Assembly: GCA_020051775.1 (NCBI GenBank)
Contig: JAGVQJ010000048.1
Span: forward strand, 2,556 to 66,555
From: Calditrichota bacterium
GTDB lineage: Bacteria; Electryoneota; B3-LCP
DNA: 64,000 bases
Reading direction: 5' to 3'
Below are positions 9,722 through 19,717 of the stretch, one piece after another; the first letter of the stretch is position 1; the number at the start of each line of letters is the position of its first letter. Made by a program: the position numbers and the translations under genes. The notes beneath the pieces were generated by a model. It saw only the letters and a program-made list of their open reading frames with translations. It was not told where the DNA came from and did not search any database.

Positions 9722-10912
9722 CTATTTAACCAAAAGCGTTTTCTGGGTGTAGACAAATCCACCAGCTTTCATCTGCACCAAATAGAGACCGGAGGCAATG
9801 CCCTGGGCATTCCAGGAAACGCTGTGATAACCGGCATCCAGACGCTTATCAACCAGGGTAGTCACACGGCTGCCGAGAATGTTGTAAACCTCGATGCGCA
9901 CCGAGGAAGCCTGGGGTAGACCGAATTGGAATTGCGCTGTTGGGTTGAAAGGGTTCGGATAAGGCGTCCCCAAAAAGAAGACATTGGGGATCTCTGCCAC
10001 CGGTTCGGAGCCTTCCCAGCCAGAGGTTTCCCACCCCAGGAAGTCATCCGGCAGCCCGTCTGCTCCTCCGGCTCCCTGTTTTTCGAAGGGGAAAGCATCC
10101 TGATGCACGATCTGATTGGGTTCCATGTCACCAACATGAGCACGGTAACCGTAAACGCCAGGCGGAGCACTCATGGGCACCGACTGAGTCATCTGACGGG
10201 TGAGGGTGGTATTAGCGGGCAGGTTCAGGTTCAAGCGCTGGAAAATCGGCCCATAGATCGTGCCGTTGGGTAACATAACGTTGATCCAGACGTCGGTGAG
10301 CTGAGATTGAGTCGTGGTGTTGTGCACCTGGATAGTATATTGGAAATTGCCGCCGCTTGGTCCAATCACAATCGGCGAGCCGGTGGGAATCAGGTCCACC
10401 GTAATGATAGGCGTGGAACCCAGAATTCGGTTCATCGTCGGTGGAAACTGTACCCCGTAAATCGTCGGCGCGTTCATGGGCGGCATCGAGTACTGGATAA
10501 CCGATTCGGAGAAATATGTTCCCTGTATCGGTGTGGTGGCATGGAAAGCGCGCACATAACACAAACCGGTGCTTGTAGTTACAGTTCCCGGCAGGACGAA
10601 CGTTCCGGCCGAAGGGGCTCCGCCGGTGATTCCCGCCTGGCAAGTTCCCATCAGCACGTCATCGCCGGTGGGAGCGCCCCAGAAACCGGGTTGAGTCGAA
10701 GGGTTATCCATGCCGTCTCCATCGGCGTCCCAGATCAATTGCAATAGGGAGCCGACTGCCAGCGGTTGGCCGTTCTCATCAGCAACCACGCCGAAGAAGC
10801 CCGAAGCGTAGTTGGTCGCGGTAACCATAAATGGTTGGGCATGCAAGCCCAATACGATGAAGCCTAAGAGAATGAGCGGGAGCAGAATTAAAGGGAAAGT
10901 CATTTTTTTCAT
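9722..10912 (-). CDS. Secreted protein with shared ~110-aa domain and T9SS-type CTD
   Basis: Signal peptide; DADGDG Ca-loop-like motif; ITVDLIPTGSPIVIGPSGGNFQY domain; PNPFNP...KTLLVK. Confidence 0.8.
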   Translation of the reverse strand: MKKMTFPLILLPLILLGFIVLGLHAQPFMVTATNYASGFFGVVADENGQPLAVGSLLQLIWDADGDGMDNPSTQPGFWGAPTGDDVLMGTCQAGITGGAPSAGTFVLPGTVTTSTGLCYVRAFHATTPIQGTYFSESVIQYSMPPMNAPTIYGVQFPPTMNRILGSTPIITVDLIPTGSPIVIGPSGGNFQYTIQVHNTTTQSQLTDVWINVMLPNGTIYGPIFQRLNLNLPANTTLTRQMTQSVPMSAPPGVYGYRAHVGDMEPNQIVHQDAFPFEKQGAGGADGLPDDFLGWETSGWEGSEPVAEIPNVFFLGTPYPNPFNPTAQFQFGLPQASSVRIEVYNILGSRVTTLVDKRLDAGYHSVSWNAQGIASGLYLVQMKAGGFVYTQKTLLVK

Positions 10913-11733
10913 TGTTCACCTCCTGAAATAACAGGAGCAGATGCAGGTACAACTGGCAGCAGTGCCGGAAAAGTACCCGAAACAGGGGTATTGGTTACCA
11001 CTTCGGGTGTAGGTAACAATCCGGAGGCGCCCATGATGGGCTGTGGATAATTGGACCAATTGAAGCCTGTATGGCCGGGAGCCACGTAAAGCCAGTAGCC
11101 CTTTAAAGGTTCCAGTTGCGTTAAATTGCCTTGCCAGACACCGGTCTGGTTTTTCCAAGCGTATTGGAAGGAACCGTTCAGAGCGTCATAGCTCATGACC
11201 AGGTCGGATTGGAAGAGATAATTGCCGCCTGTAAAGCCGGTAAGTCCGGCCTGGGATAGTGGCGCGGGCGTCGCCCAAACGCTGCCTACGGCATTATAAC
11301 CGGGAGTCATGGAACCCATAGCGTAAGATGGAGTTTCCACCACGTTGCCGAAGGTCATCAAAATCTGGGATTCCGGGTGAGTGGGTGGCACGTAAATCCA
11401 GTAGCTCTGGGTTTCGGAGAAGACGGTAAAATCCCCTTGCCAGGTGGAAGTGCCGGTATTATACCAAATCATCTGGAACTGGTTGGTGGTATGATCCCAA
11501 CGCAGCACCTGGTCGGATTCGGAGGCGGTGGCGCCGCCGGTGAGTTGTCCGGCAAGCACATAGTTAACGCTCTTGTTGGCCGTTAACAACGGGAACGAGA
11601 CCTGGGTGAATCCGCGAGGCACGTCTAACTTCCAGAAACCAACGGTGTTGGAAGGCCCGGATTCCGTCGCGTTCACCCGGCACAAGAAGCTTGCTAACAA
11701 GACCAGAACCGTGCCGGTAACCCGCCCTGACAT
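10909..11733 (-). CDS. Secreted hypothetical protein with two internal repeats
   Basis: Likely start MSGRVTG (ATG 11733, after AGGAG); two copies of G(F/Y)xxV...TGG...SDxV...WQGx...YWxYV; ATGA overlap with the next gene. Confidence 0.7.
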   Translation of the reverse strand: MSGRVTGTVLVLLASFLCRVNATESGPSNTVGFWKLDVPRGFTQVSFPLLTANKSVNYVLAGQLTGGATASESDQVLRWDHTTNQFQMIWYNTGTSTWQGDFTVFSETQSYWIYVPPTHPESQILMTFGNVVETPSYAMGSMTPGYNAVGSVWATPAPLSQAGLTGFTGGNYLFQSDLVMSYDALNGSFQYAWKNQTGVWQGNLTQLEPLKGYWLYVAPGHTGFNWSNYPQPIMGASGLLPTPEVVTNTPVSGTFPALLPVVPASAPVISGGEQ

Positions 11734-11881
11734 GGTCACTCCTATGGCATATTCCTGACAGTCGAAAGATAATATAAGATGAAATCTGCTCAAATGCAAG
11801 GATTATTTTAGTTCTTGTCCCGAATGTCGAAGCCGCATAATCCCTGCTATGGAAAAATCTGTCGCTGATTCAATAAAGCGC

Positions 11882-12400
11882 TCAGTGCGGGGCAACAGCC
11901 GTGCTGTCGAAGCTCAAGTCCTGATACTGGGCGGGATTCAGCTTAGGTGATTCTGCCGTAAAGGTTGCAATCGCCCAGATTTCTTCATCTTTAAGCGTGC
12001 CTTCATATTTCGGCATGCCGGACATTTTGATGCCGTTTTTTACGATCCAGAAAAGTTGGGGAACAGACCATTCATTAGCCTCCTTGGTCAGATCCGGCGC
12101 CTGGGGATACATACTGGTGGCGCCGGGCTTGATACCCGGGGCGCCGTGACAGCCCTGGCATCGCTGGGAATAAAGGCGCGCTCCGGCGCGAAGGGTGGCT
12201 GGCTCCTGCACGGTCGCGGGAGTTTGCAGACCAGAAGCATGGTGTGCCACGGAGCGATCCAGAGTGAGATCCAACACTGAAAGCGTGAGGGCATTGTGGT
12301 GAGCAGTAGCGCCGATATTGTACCAACCGGACAGTAAGTAGGCGTAGCACACCAGAGCAACCCCCACCAGCGTGAGGACCACAGTAGACAATGTTTTCAT
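11882..12400 (-). CDS. Membrane-anchored monoheme cytochrome c
   Basis: N-terminal TM helix, CQGCH, and GIKMSGMP distal-Met motif. Confidence 0.88.
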   Translation of the reverse strand: MKTLSTVVLTLVGVALVCYAYLLSGWYNIGATAHHNALTLSVLDLTLDRSVAHHASGLQTPATVQEPATLRAGARLYSQRCQGCHGAPGIKPGATSMYPQAPDLTKEANEWSVPQLFWIVKNGIKMSGMPKYEGTLKDEEIWAIATFTAESPKLNPAQYQDLSFDSTAVAPH

Positions 12401-12587
12401 GAGACTTTTCCCCGACTAATCGAAGATGACAGCCAATTTGTTATTATTTAGACTATACGGTAAGAATCCGGGTATATTGGGACGTGGCGGGTAACGTCTT
12501 CACTTTCAACCCTAACCTGTGTAATCATTGTCGGAGTGATTTTTCGATTTCTACTCCCCAAGCGTTCAGCATCTCCCCCATTTCTGC

Positions 12588-12616
12588 TTGAACTGAGCAT
12601 TGTGAATCCTTATATT
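12588..12616 (+). promoter_or_regulatory. sigma70 promoter TTGAAC-17-TATATT
   Basis: -35 at 12588-12593, -10 at 12611-12616. Confidence 0.55.
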
Positions 12617-12672
12617 ATAGTTTTCCCCTTCTGCCAAATCTGGCGCCATGCTAAACTGGGATAATCCGATCC

Positions 12673-13323
12673 ATGCCGTCCACAAGTAGTAAACTTCTGT
12701 GGGTGATTCTCTTCGCCGCCGCGATGGCCTACCTGGAATCAGCGGTAGTGGTTTATCTGCGGGCTCTCTATTACCCGCACGGGTTTGATTTTCCTCTCGT
12801 CATGGCGCCGCTGGACGCCGTCCTGGCTGTCGAGATCGGCCGTGAAGCCGCTACGATCGTCATGTTGGTGGCGATCGGCATCCTGTGCGGACGCAGTCCC
12901 CTGGAACGATTCGCTTGGGTGATGCTGTCGTTCGGAATCTGGGACATTATGTATTACGTTTGGCTCAAGGTCTTTATTGATTGGCCTGCGTCGCTGCTGA
13001 CATGGGATATATTATTTCTGATCCCCGTGCCCTGGATCGGGCCGGTGCTCGCGCCGGTGCTGGTATCTCTGGCGTTAATCGGCGCGGGATTGTGGATCAT
13101 AATCGCGATAGCTCGCAGCATTGTCTTAAAGCTGCCGTGGTGGGCATGGTGGGCGGAGATCGGGGCGGGGTTGATCATCATTATTTCCTTTGTCCTGGAT
13201 GTAAAGCAAGTCGTGGCGGGAGGCTACCCGCATCCATTCCGTTGGGAGATCTTTCTTGCAGGATTAATAGGTGGGTTGGGCGTTTTTGTGGCAACAGTAC
13301 GAAAGGTGAAGCTCAAAAAATAA
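12673..13323 (+). CDS. Conserved hypothetical integral membrane protein
   Basis: About 6 hydrophobic segments; EIGREAAT, WDIMYY and WDILFLIPVPWIGPV motifs. Confidence 0.75.
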   Translation: MPSTSSKLLWVILFAAAMAYLESAVVVYLRALYYPHGFDFPLVMAPLDAVLAVEIGREAATIVMLVAIGILCGRSPLERFAWVMLSFGIWDIMYYVWLKVFIDWPASLLTWDILFLIPVPWIGPVLAPVLVSLALIGAGLWIIIAIARSIVLKLPWWAWWAEIGAGLIIIISFVLDVKQVVAGGYPHPFRWEIFLAGLIGGLGVFVATVRKVKLKK

Positions 13324-13324
13324 T

Positions 13325-13352
13325 TTCATCCTTCATCCTTCATTCCTCATCC
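13325..13352 (+). repeat. Heptanucleotide tandem array (TTCATCC)x4, degenerate
   Basis: ttcatcc ttcatcc ttcattc ctcatcc directly after the TAA at 13323. Confidence 0.85.
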
Positions 13353-13356
13353 TTTT

Positions 13357-14022
13357 ATGATTCCAGAATATCTCACAAATTACCTAAAGACTTTAAGCGC
13401 CCAGAACCGCCGGCTTTTTGATTCGCCGCTGGTCTGGTTATTCGATCCGCCGGAGCTGCCCCTGGATCCCCGCAGTCAGTTTCCCACCCTGCAGCGAACT
13501 TTTCTGGAGATCGGATTCGGGCACGGTGAAGTACTGGAAGAGTTGGTCGTTCGCCATTCGAATACGGCTTTCGTGGGGATCGAGCGCCGACCCTTTCGCG
13601 TGCGTAAAGCATTGAAACGGCTGCAGCGCGCAGGCGTCTCCAATGTTGCGCTGATTCGTGCTAACCTGGATTTGGTTGACCGGCCGTTATTCGTCGAAAA
13701 CAGCTTTGACGGGATCCTGGTCAACCACCCCGATCCCTGGCCTAAACGACGACACGAACGCCATCGCTTTTTCCAACCGGCCAGGATGGATTGGTTGGCG
13801 AGTATTCTCTCCCCCGGTGGACAGATCGAGGTGACCAGCGACCAAGCGGCCTACTTCTTCACGATTCTGCATTTATTCGAGACCGATGCGCGCTTTGATA
13901 GCCTTCTGCCGCCGCCCTTTTATACAGCCGAGCAGGAACCGGGACGGCCTGTCAGCCGATTCGAAAGACATAAACGCGCTGCCGGAGAGATAGTACGGTT
14001 GCTGCGATTCAGGAAAATATAA
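13357..14022 (+). CDS. trmB: tRNA (guanine-N7)-methyltransferase
   Basis: LEIGFGHG SAM motif, HPDPWPKRRH and VTSD motifs. Confidence 0.88.
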   Translation: MIPEYLTNYLKTLSAQNRRLFDSPLVWLFDPPELPLDPRSQFPTLQRTFLEIGFGHGEVLEELVVRHSNTAFVGIERRPFRVRKALKRLQRAGVSNVALIRANLDLVDRPLFVENSFDGILVNHPDPWPKRRHERHRFFQPARMDWLASILSPGGQIEVTSDQAAYFFTILHLFETDARFDSLLPPPFYTAEQEPGRPVSRFERHKRAAGEIVRLLRFRKI

Positions 14023-14023
14023 C

Positions 14024-14932
14024 ATGGAAAATCAAGCGCAATTCTTCCGCACGGTTTTTATCAGCAATCCCCGCTCAGGCTCGATGGGCAACAAGCGCAG
14101 TTTGATTCGCTTGATTGATCGCGTCTGGGGCGGAGCGAAAAAGCATTATTCCATTCTGGTAACCACTCGGGCAGGGGAAGGCGAACGCCTGGCCAGAGAA
14201 GAGGCCGGCCGTGGCGCGGACCTGATTGTGGCCGTAGGTGGCGATGGCACGCTGAACGAGGTAGTGCGCGGAGTATTGGGCACAAAAGCGGTCGTGGGTT
14301 TGCTGCCGGCCGGTTCGGGGAACGGTTTCGCCCGGCATTTCAATATTCCTTTAAATCTGACCAAAGCCTGCCAGGGATTACTGCATCCCCGAGTCGTTCA
14401 ATGCGATGTCGGCGTGGCTTCGGATAGGATTTTCATCGTCACGTTTGGCTGTGGTGTGGATGCTTCCATCAGCGACCGCTATCAGCACAGCACAGTGCGC
14501 GGTATGTTCTCCTATTTTTATCACGGTATCAGAGCATTCACTGATTACCAAGGTATCGAAACACAGGTGCACGCCAACGGGCAACTCTTTTATGCCGGTC
14601 GCCCCCTGCTGTTGACGCTGGCAAACGTGCGAGGCTATGGCGGGGGTACAATCATTGCCCCGAACGCCAGCACCAGCGATGGATTATTAGATTTGGTTGC
14701 ATTGAATTCTCTCGGACTTAAAGAAAGTATACTTCACTTGCGCGAGCTATTCAACGGAAGAATAGATGAAATCCCCGGCTATCATCATACTCAAATCCGT
14801 GAGGCTGTCATCGAACGCGCTCAAGATGGCGTCATTCACCTGGACGGCGATCCCTATCCTGGAGATCGGGAAATTCGCATCCGCACCATACCCCAAGCCA
14901 TTCCTCTGGCGCTGCCGGAGTATGGGCTTTAA
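14024..14932 (+). CDS. Diacylglycerol kinase family (YegS/DgkB-like) lipid kinase
   Basis: NPRSG, GGDGTLNEV, LPAGSGNGFA, DGLLD and DGD motifs. Confidence 0.92.
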   Translation: MENQAQFFRTVFISNPRSGSMGNKRSLIRLIDRVWGGAKKHYSILVTTRAGEGERLAREEAGRGADLIVAVGGDGTLNEVVRGVLGTKAVVGLLPAGSGNGFARHFNIPLNLTKACQGLLHPRVVQCDVGVASDRIFIVTFGCGVDASISDRYQHSTVRGMFSYFYHGIRAFTDYQGIETQVHANGQLFYAGRPLLLTLANVRGYGGGTIIAPNASTSDGLLDLVALNSLGLKESILHLRELFNGRIDEIPGYHHTQIREAVIERAQDGVIHLDGDPYPGDREIRIRTIPQAIPLALPEYGL

Positions 14933-14986
14933 TCCGTGTAATCATCACGATCACATCGGTAAAACAATTTTAGCGCTTGTTTCCAC

Positions 14987-15015
14987 TTGACTTTCAGAGA
15001 AAACCTGCTTAGATT
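14987..15015 (+). promoter_or_regulatory. sigma70 promoter TTGACT-17-TAGATT
   Basis: -35 at 14987-14992, -10 at 15010-15015. Confidence 0.5.
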
Positions 15016-15076
15016 ATGAACCGAGTCCGGCAAACACTCAGGCCGGCGGACTAACCTGGTTAAAAGGGAGTTCACC

Positions 15077-15547
15077 ATGAAATGGATAGCGAGGGCGGCG
15101 GCGACCAGTGTCTGTCTGGTCTTGTTAGCAGGGACCGGATGGGCTCTGCTGCCGAATTTTACCAAAGTGGATCTGATCCAACAGTCGGAAAGCATCGTGA
15201 TGGGAACAGTTCTGGAAGTTAATTCTTCCTGGTCTGTAGATCACTCCGGGATTTTTACATACGTGCGGCTCGAGATCCGAGATCAGTTCAAAGGGCAACC
15301 GGTTGGGCAGGAAATCACCCTGCAAATTCCCGGTGGGCGCGTGGGCGAAATCACTCAGGTGGTTAGTGATGCGCCCAGCTTTGACGTGGGGCAGCAGGTT
15401 CTGGTTCATGTGTACACCCAGGATACCGGTTATCCTGGAGTGTATGGATGGGAGAAGGGCAGCTTAACCGTTATGGGTGAGGCTATCCCCGATTACAATA
15501 TGACCATAGAACAGTTCCGCCACCTGGTGGAAACAACCGCGAAGTAA
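15077..15547 (+). CDS. Secreted protein resembling an N-terminal pro/partner domain of bacterial matrixins
   Basis: Signal peptide; SESIVMGTV...IFTYVRL...FKG...IPGGRVG...APSFxxGxxVL; directly upstream of an M10 protease. Confidence 0.65.
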   Translation: MKWIARAAATSVCLVLLAGTGWALLPNFTKVDLIQQSESIVMGTVLEVNSSWSVDHSGIFTYVRLEIRDQFKGQPVGQEITLQIPGGRVGEITQVVSDAPSFDVGQQVLVHVYTQDTGYPGVYGWEKGSLTVMGEAIPDYNMTIEQFRHLVETTAK

Positions 15548-15565
15548 CCGGAAAGGAGATCAATC

Positions 15566-16846
15566 ATGATAAAACGAAACATTCCGGCCGCAGTCTTATG
15601 GGCCCTGGCCATCCTGCTGGCAGCAGGTTCAGTCCAGGCATACGTCCTGGAAGGATTCGACTGGTTATATTTAGGTTCAAGTCCTACGGTGGAACTGAAA
15701 ATCAACCCAAACTGCGCTGACCCCTCTGCACCCAATGATTTACAGGCAATCCAGAACTGTTTCACCACTTGGACCAACTGCCCGGCTAACTTCAACTTTG
15801 CCTACAGTGGACCATGCACCAATACCAATTACATTGCCAATAATATCAATGAAATGTGCTGGAATCCGGGATCCAGCGGCGGCGCCCTGGCTACTACGTA
15901 TATGTGGTATCAGGGTAGCAACATGACTGAATCTGACTGCGTTTTCTGGGATAGTTGGACCTGGAGCACTTCATCCCCCAGTTTTACGCAGTTTGACGTC
16001 GAAAGCGTAGCCTTGCACGAATTGGGACACACCGTGGGATTGGGGCATTCTCAATTTTCACAAGCGGTGATGTGGCCCACCATCAGCAACGGTGAAGTTC
16101 AGCGGGTTTTGGATCAGGACGACCTCAACGGCATCATCGCCATTTATGGGATACCTGCCGCTCCTTTCCTGGACGTCACCATGACGCCGGTCAATCCACC
16201 TATCGTCGTGCCGGCTCAGGGCGGCACATTCCAGTTTAACGCCTCAGTGATCAACTGGGGCCCCGCGCAACCCTTCTATGTCTGGGCACGGATCAAGTAT
16301 CCGAATGGAACCTATACTACTCCGACCATTGGTCCAGTCATCATCAATCCGCCCGTGTGGACAAACGTGACTCGCCTGCGCATGCAGAACGTGCCGAGCA
16401 CCTGGCCATCAGGTCAATACACGTACCTGGGGTATGGCGCTGTCACGGTCACTTATCCGGCACTCGACAGCTCTTCCTTTACTTTTACTAAATCAGCGAT
16501 TTCCGATGGCGGTCCGACCGTGTGGGACGCTGTTTGCTCGGGAGAACCCTTCTCCGGAGAAGTGGTTGCCAACTTCTCCCCCACGACATACAATGTCGTT
16601 CAGGTTTCACCCAATCCTTTCAATCCCACGACCTCCATCCATTACCAGTTAACAGTGAATAGTCGAGTTAGTTTGCAGGTGTATAACCAGGCTGGGAAAC
16701 TGGTGACAGTGCTGGTTGATGGCAATAGAGAAGCCGGAACACATCAAGTGATCTTCGATGGTTCGCAATTGTCCTCGGGGATCTACTTCTACACCCTTAG
16801 GGCGGGCAATCAGACCGCGACCGGTAAAATGACTCTGATGAAGTGA
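15566..16846 (+). CDS. Matrixin (M10) zinc metalloprotease with shared ~110-aa domain and T9SS-type CTD
   Basis: HELGHTVGLGHS metzincin motif, AVMWP Met-turn, DDLNGI; PNPFNP...KMTLMK. Confidence 0.9.
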   Translation: MIKRNIPAAVLWALAILLAAGSVQAYVLEGFDWLYLGSSPTVELKINPNCADPSAPNDLQAIQNCFTTWTNCPANFNFAYSGPCTNTNYIANNINEMCWNPGSSGGALATTYMWYQGSNMTESDCVFWDSWTWSTSSPSFTQFDVESVALHELGHTVGLGHSQFSQAVMWPTISNGEVQRVLDQDDLNGIIAIYGIPAAPFLDVTMTPVNPPIVVPAQGGTFQFNASVINWGPAQPFYVWARIKYPNGTYTTPTIGPVIINPPVWTNVTRLRMQNVPSTWPSGQYTYLGYGAVTVTYPALDSSSFTFTKSAISDGGPTVWDAVCSGEPFSGEVVANFSPTTYNVVQVSPNPFNPTTSIHYQLTVNSRVSLQVYNQAGKLVTVLVDGNREAGTHQVIFDGSQLSSGIYFYTLRAGNQTATGKMTLMK

Positions 16847-16937
16847 GCCGTCGCTTCAAAATCGCTGAATAGACGAGGGGCACGGCGTTTCGTGCCCCTG
16901 CGTTTAATGAGCATATCTTGCATAATCGGATCGTATC

Positions 16938-17651
16938 ATGCTGGAACCATCGGTTAAGGCTACCATTCTGGCGGTTGACGATGAAGAGGACATCCTGGAG
17001 CTGGTGAAGGTCAATCTCAACCGCGAAGGGTATCGCGTACTCTGCGCCGCATCCGGAGAAGTGGCTCTGCGGCTGACGCGCGAGGAACATCCTGACCTGG
17101 TGCTGTTGGATTTAATGTTGCCGGGTGTGGATGGCCTGGAGGTGTGCCGGTCTCTGAAAAGCGATCCCGTCACCTCCCGGATTCCTATAATCATGCTGAC
17201 AGCACGCAGCGAGGATGCTGACGTGGTCGTGGGATTGGAATTGGGAGCGGATGATTATGTCACCAAGCCCTTCAGCCCCAGGGTGCTGGTAGCCCGCGTG
17301 AAGAGCCTTTTACGCCGCAGAAAGGGCTCAGAACTCCATACTGAGGAGATCATCATCGGGGTCATGACAATATCCCCTGAACGATTCGAAGTTCGACTTG
17401 AAAATAAGCCACTGGACCTTACCTCCACTGAATTTCGTATCCTGGAACTCCTGGCCCGACATCCTGGTAGGGTTTTCAGCCGCGACCAAATCGTGGATAG
17501 CGCTCGCGGAGAAAATTATCCCGTCACCGATCGCAGTGTGGACGTGCACGTGGTGTCACTGCGCCGCAAACTCGGGAAGTATGGTGGCATGATTGACACC
17601 GTGCGCGGAGCAGGTTATCGGTTGCGGGATTCCTTCGGCGAGGAGGATTAA
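16938..17651 (+). CDS. phoB: OmpR/PhoB-family response regulator of the phosphate regulon
   Basis: Receiver domain (VDDE, LLDLMLPG, KPFS) plus winged helix (TVRGAGY); adjacent to phoR and pst genes. Confidence 0.88.
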   Translation: MLEPSVKATILAVDDEEDILELVKVNLNREGYRVLCAASGEVALRLTREEHPDLVLLDLMLPGVDGLEVCRSLKSDPVTSRIPIIMLTARSEDADVVVGLELGADDYVTKPFSPRVLVARVKSLLRRRKGSELHTEEIIIGVMTISPERFEVRLENKPLDLTSTEFRILELLARHPGRVFSRDQIVDSARGENYPVTDRSVDVHVVSLRRKLGKYGGMIDTVRGAGYRLRDSFGEED

Positions 17652-17654
17652 GAC

Positions 17655-19415
17655 GTGCCCAGGCGGAGTTTTACGCGTAGGTTCTTCCCCGTTTATCTGA
17701 CCACGATTCTGATCGCCCTACTGGCTTTGGGTTTGATTTCGTCACGCGTTGCCAGGAACCTGCACCTTTCACAGATTCGTCATGATCTGGAAATTTACGC
17801 ACATTTGATTAGTTCAATGACAGGTGTGGCCGCGGCGGATAGTGCTGGGAAAACGGATTCGCTCTGCAAAGCCCTGGGTGTATCCAGCGGTATTCGTGTG
17901 ACTGTGATTGCGGTAGACGGCTCGATCTTGGGGGATAGCCACGAATCACCCCTCACGATGGAAAATCACGCCGACCGCCCGGAAATTCGTCAAGCCTTGG
18001 CAGGTCATACCGGGTCCTCAACGAGGCTCAGCCCCACACTCCAGCAGGAAATGACTTATGTCGCTGTTCCTCTACGCGATCATGAACAGGTTAGCGGTGT
18101 GGTTCGAGTTTCCATGTCCACGGCGTTGACTTCTCAGGCATTGAATAGCGTTTACGTGGCAGTTGGATTAAGCAGTATCGTTATTGCCACCTTGACGGGC
18201 GCTGCCGGATTTGTTATTTTCCACCGCCTTCGAAAATCGCTCCTCAAAGTGAGGCAGGGAGCGCGCCGTCTGGCTGAAGGCGATCTGTCCCATAAACTTT
18301 CGGCGCCGGAATCATTGGAAATGGATGAATTGGCGCAGACGCTTAATCTGATGGCGCTGCAGTTGGAGGAACGAATTCGCACCATCACTTACCAACGCGG
18401 CGAGATGGAAGCCGTTCTTTCCAGTATGATTGAGGGTGTGCTGGTATTCGATCCCGAAGGGCGCGTTTTGAGCATGAATGCGGCTGCCTTAAAGCTGTTG
18501 GGAGTCACATTGCCGGAAGTGCGGGGGCGAAGCATCCAGGAAGTCATCTTGAACCGAGATTTTCAACATTTCGTAGCGCGCGTGTTCAGCGAACGGGAGC
18601 GCATTGAGGAGGGATTAACCCTGCGTCGCGGAGCCATATTCGTGCAGATCCAAGGCGCACCACTGCACGATGCTTCCGGCCGGGACATCGGCGCCCTGGT
18701 CGTAGTCAACGACGTTACCCGACTGCGGCGGCTGGAAAATCTTCGGCGCGAATTCGTAGCCAATGTTTCGCATGAATTGCGAACGCCGATCACCGCTATT
18801 AAAGGATTCGTTGAAACCTTGCGCGAAGGCGGTTCCGACCCGGACGAATCAGCTCGTTTTCTGGACATCATTGCCCGTCACACCGACCGGCTCAATGCCA
18901 TTATCGAAGATCTCTTGAGTCTTTCCCGCCTGGAACAGGACGCAGAAAGCGGCGCCATCCAGATGCAGTCCGCCAGTCTTAAAGAGGTCATTATCTCGGC
19001 GCTGCAGATTTGCGAGCACAAGGCGATCGAGAAGAGTGTGACGTGCAGATTAGAAACTGAGGATGAATCTCTTGCCCGCATCAACGCACCAATGTTGGAA
19101 CAAGCCGTGGTTAATCTGCTGGATAATGCCATCAATTATAGCGAACCAGGGCAAACCGTCCATATCGGTATCGAAAAGACGGCCGCCGAAGGGATTATTT
19201 ACGTTCGTGATGAGGGCTGCGGCATTGAGGAAGAACATATCCCGCGCCTGTTCGAACGTTTCTATCGAGTAGATAAAACCCGAAATCGTCAACAAGGCGG
19301 CACTGGATTAGGGTTAGCGATTGTCAAACACATCACCTTGGCGCATAAAGGAAACGTCAGCGTCTCCTCCACCCCCGGCCAGGGGAGCACCTTCCGAATA
19401 CACCTACCCCTTTGA
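17655..19415 (+). CDS. phoR: PhoR-like sensor histidine kinase (HAMP-PAS-HisKA-HATPase)
   Basis: ENHADRPE periplasmic motif, FVANVSHELRTP H-box, RLFERFYRVD, GGTGLGLAIVKH. Confidence 0.9.
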   Translation: MPRRSFTRRFFPVYLTTILIALLALGLISSRVARNLHLSQIRHDLEIYAHLISSMTGVAAADSAGKTDSLCKALGVSSGIRVTVIAVDGSILGDSHESPLTMENHADRPEIRQALAGHTGSSTRLSPTLQQEMTYVAVPLRDHEQVSGVVRVSMSTALTSQALNSVYVAVGLSSIVIATLTGAAGFVIFHRLRKSLLKVRQGARRLAEGDLSHKLSAPESLEMDELAQTLNLMALQLEERIRTITYQRGEMEAVLSSMIEGVLVFDPEGRVLSMNAAALKLLGVTLPEVRGRSIQEVILNRDFQHFVARVFSERERIEEGLTLRRGAIFVQIQGAPLHDASGRDIGALVVVNDVTRLRRLENLRREFVANVSHELRTPITAIKGFVETLREGGSDPDESARFLDIIARHTDRLNAIIEDLLSLSRLEQDAESGAIQMQSASLKEVIISALQICEHKAIEKSVTCRLETEDESLARINAPMLEQAVVNLLDNAINYSEPGQTVHIGIEKTAAEGIIYVRDEGCGIEEEHIPRLFERFYRVDKTRNRQQGGTGLGLAIVKHITLAHKGNVSVSSTPGQGSTFRIHLPL

Positions 19416-19484
19416 TTGTAAATCAAGGTGGAAATTGACAACGCTTCCACAATGTACCCTATCCCGAAATTTTGAAAAATTCAT

Positions 19485-19513
19485 TTGACTACGTAAGCGT
19501 AAATCGTTATATT
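19485..19513 (+). promoter_or_regulatory. sigma70 promoter TTGACT-17-TATATT upstream of the porin-pst operon
   Basis: -35 at 19485-19490, -10 at 19508-19513. Confidence 0.5.
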
Positions 19514-19567
19514 GTAGTTCAATAGTACTACAATAGTACTACAATAATATTTTTCTCGGATTAATTA

Positions 19568-19606
19568 TTAACAGAAATCTAACAGTTTTCTCATAAACCT
19601 TTAACA
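19568..19606 (+). promoter_or_regulatory. Pho box array: four hexamers at 11-bp spacing
   Basis: TTAACA 19568, CTAACA 19579, CTCATA 19590, TTAACA 19601; resembles the PhoP TT(A/T/C)ACA box; upstream of the pst operon. Confidence 0.75.
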
Positions 19607-19717
19607 TACAATCCCTAAATTTGGCTACTGAGATGAAGAGCGGGTCATACCCTTAATTCAAGTTCGGTAGCCGGAATCCGCTGCAGGTGGACGATTCCAC
19701 CGGAAAAAGGAGAAGTA

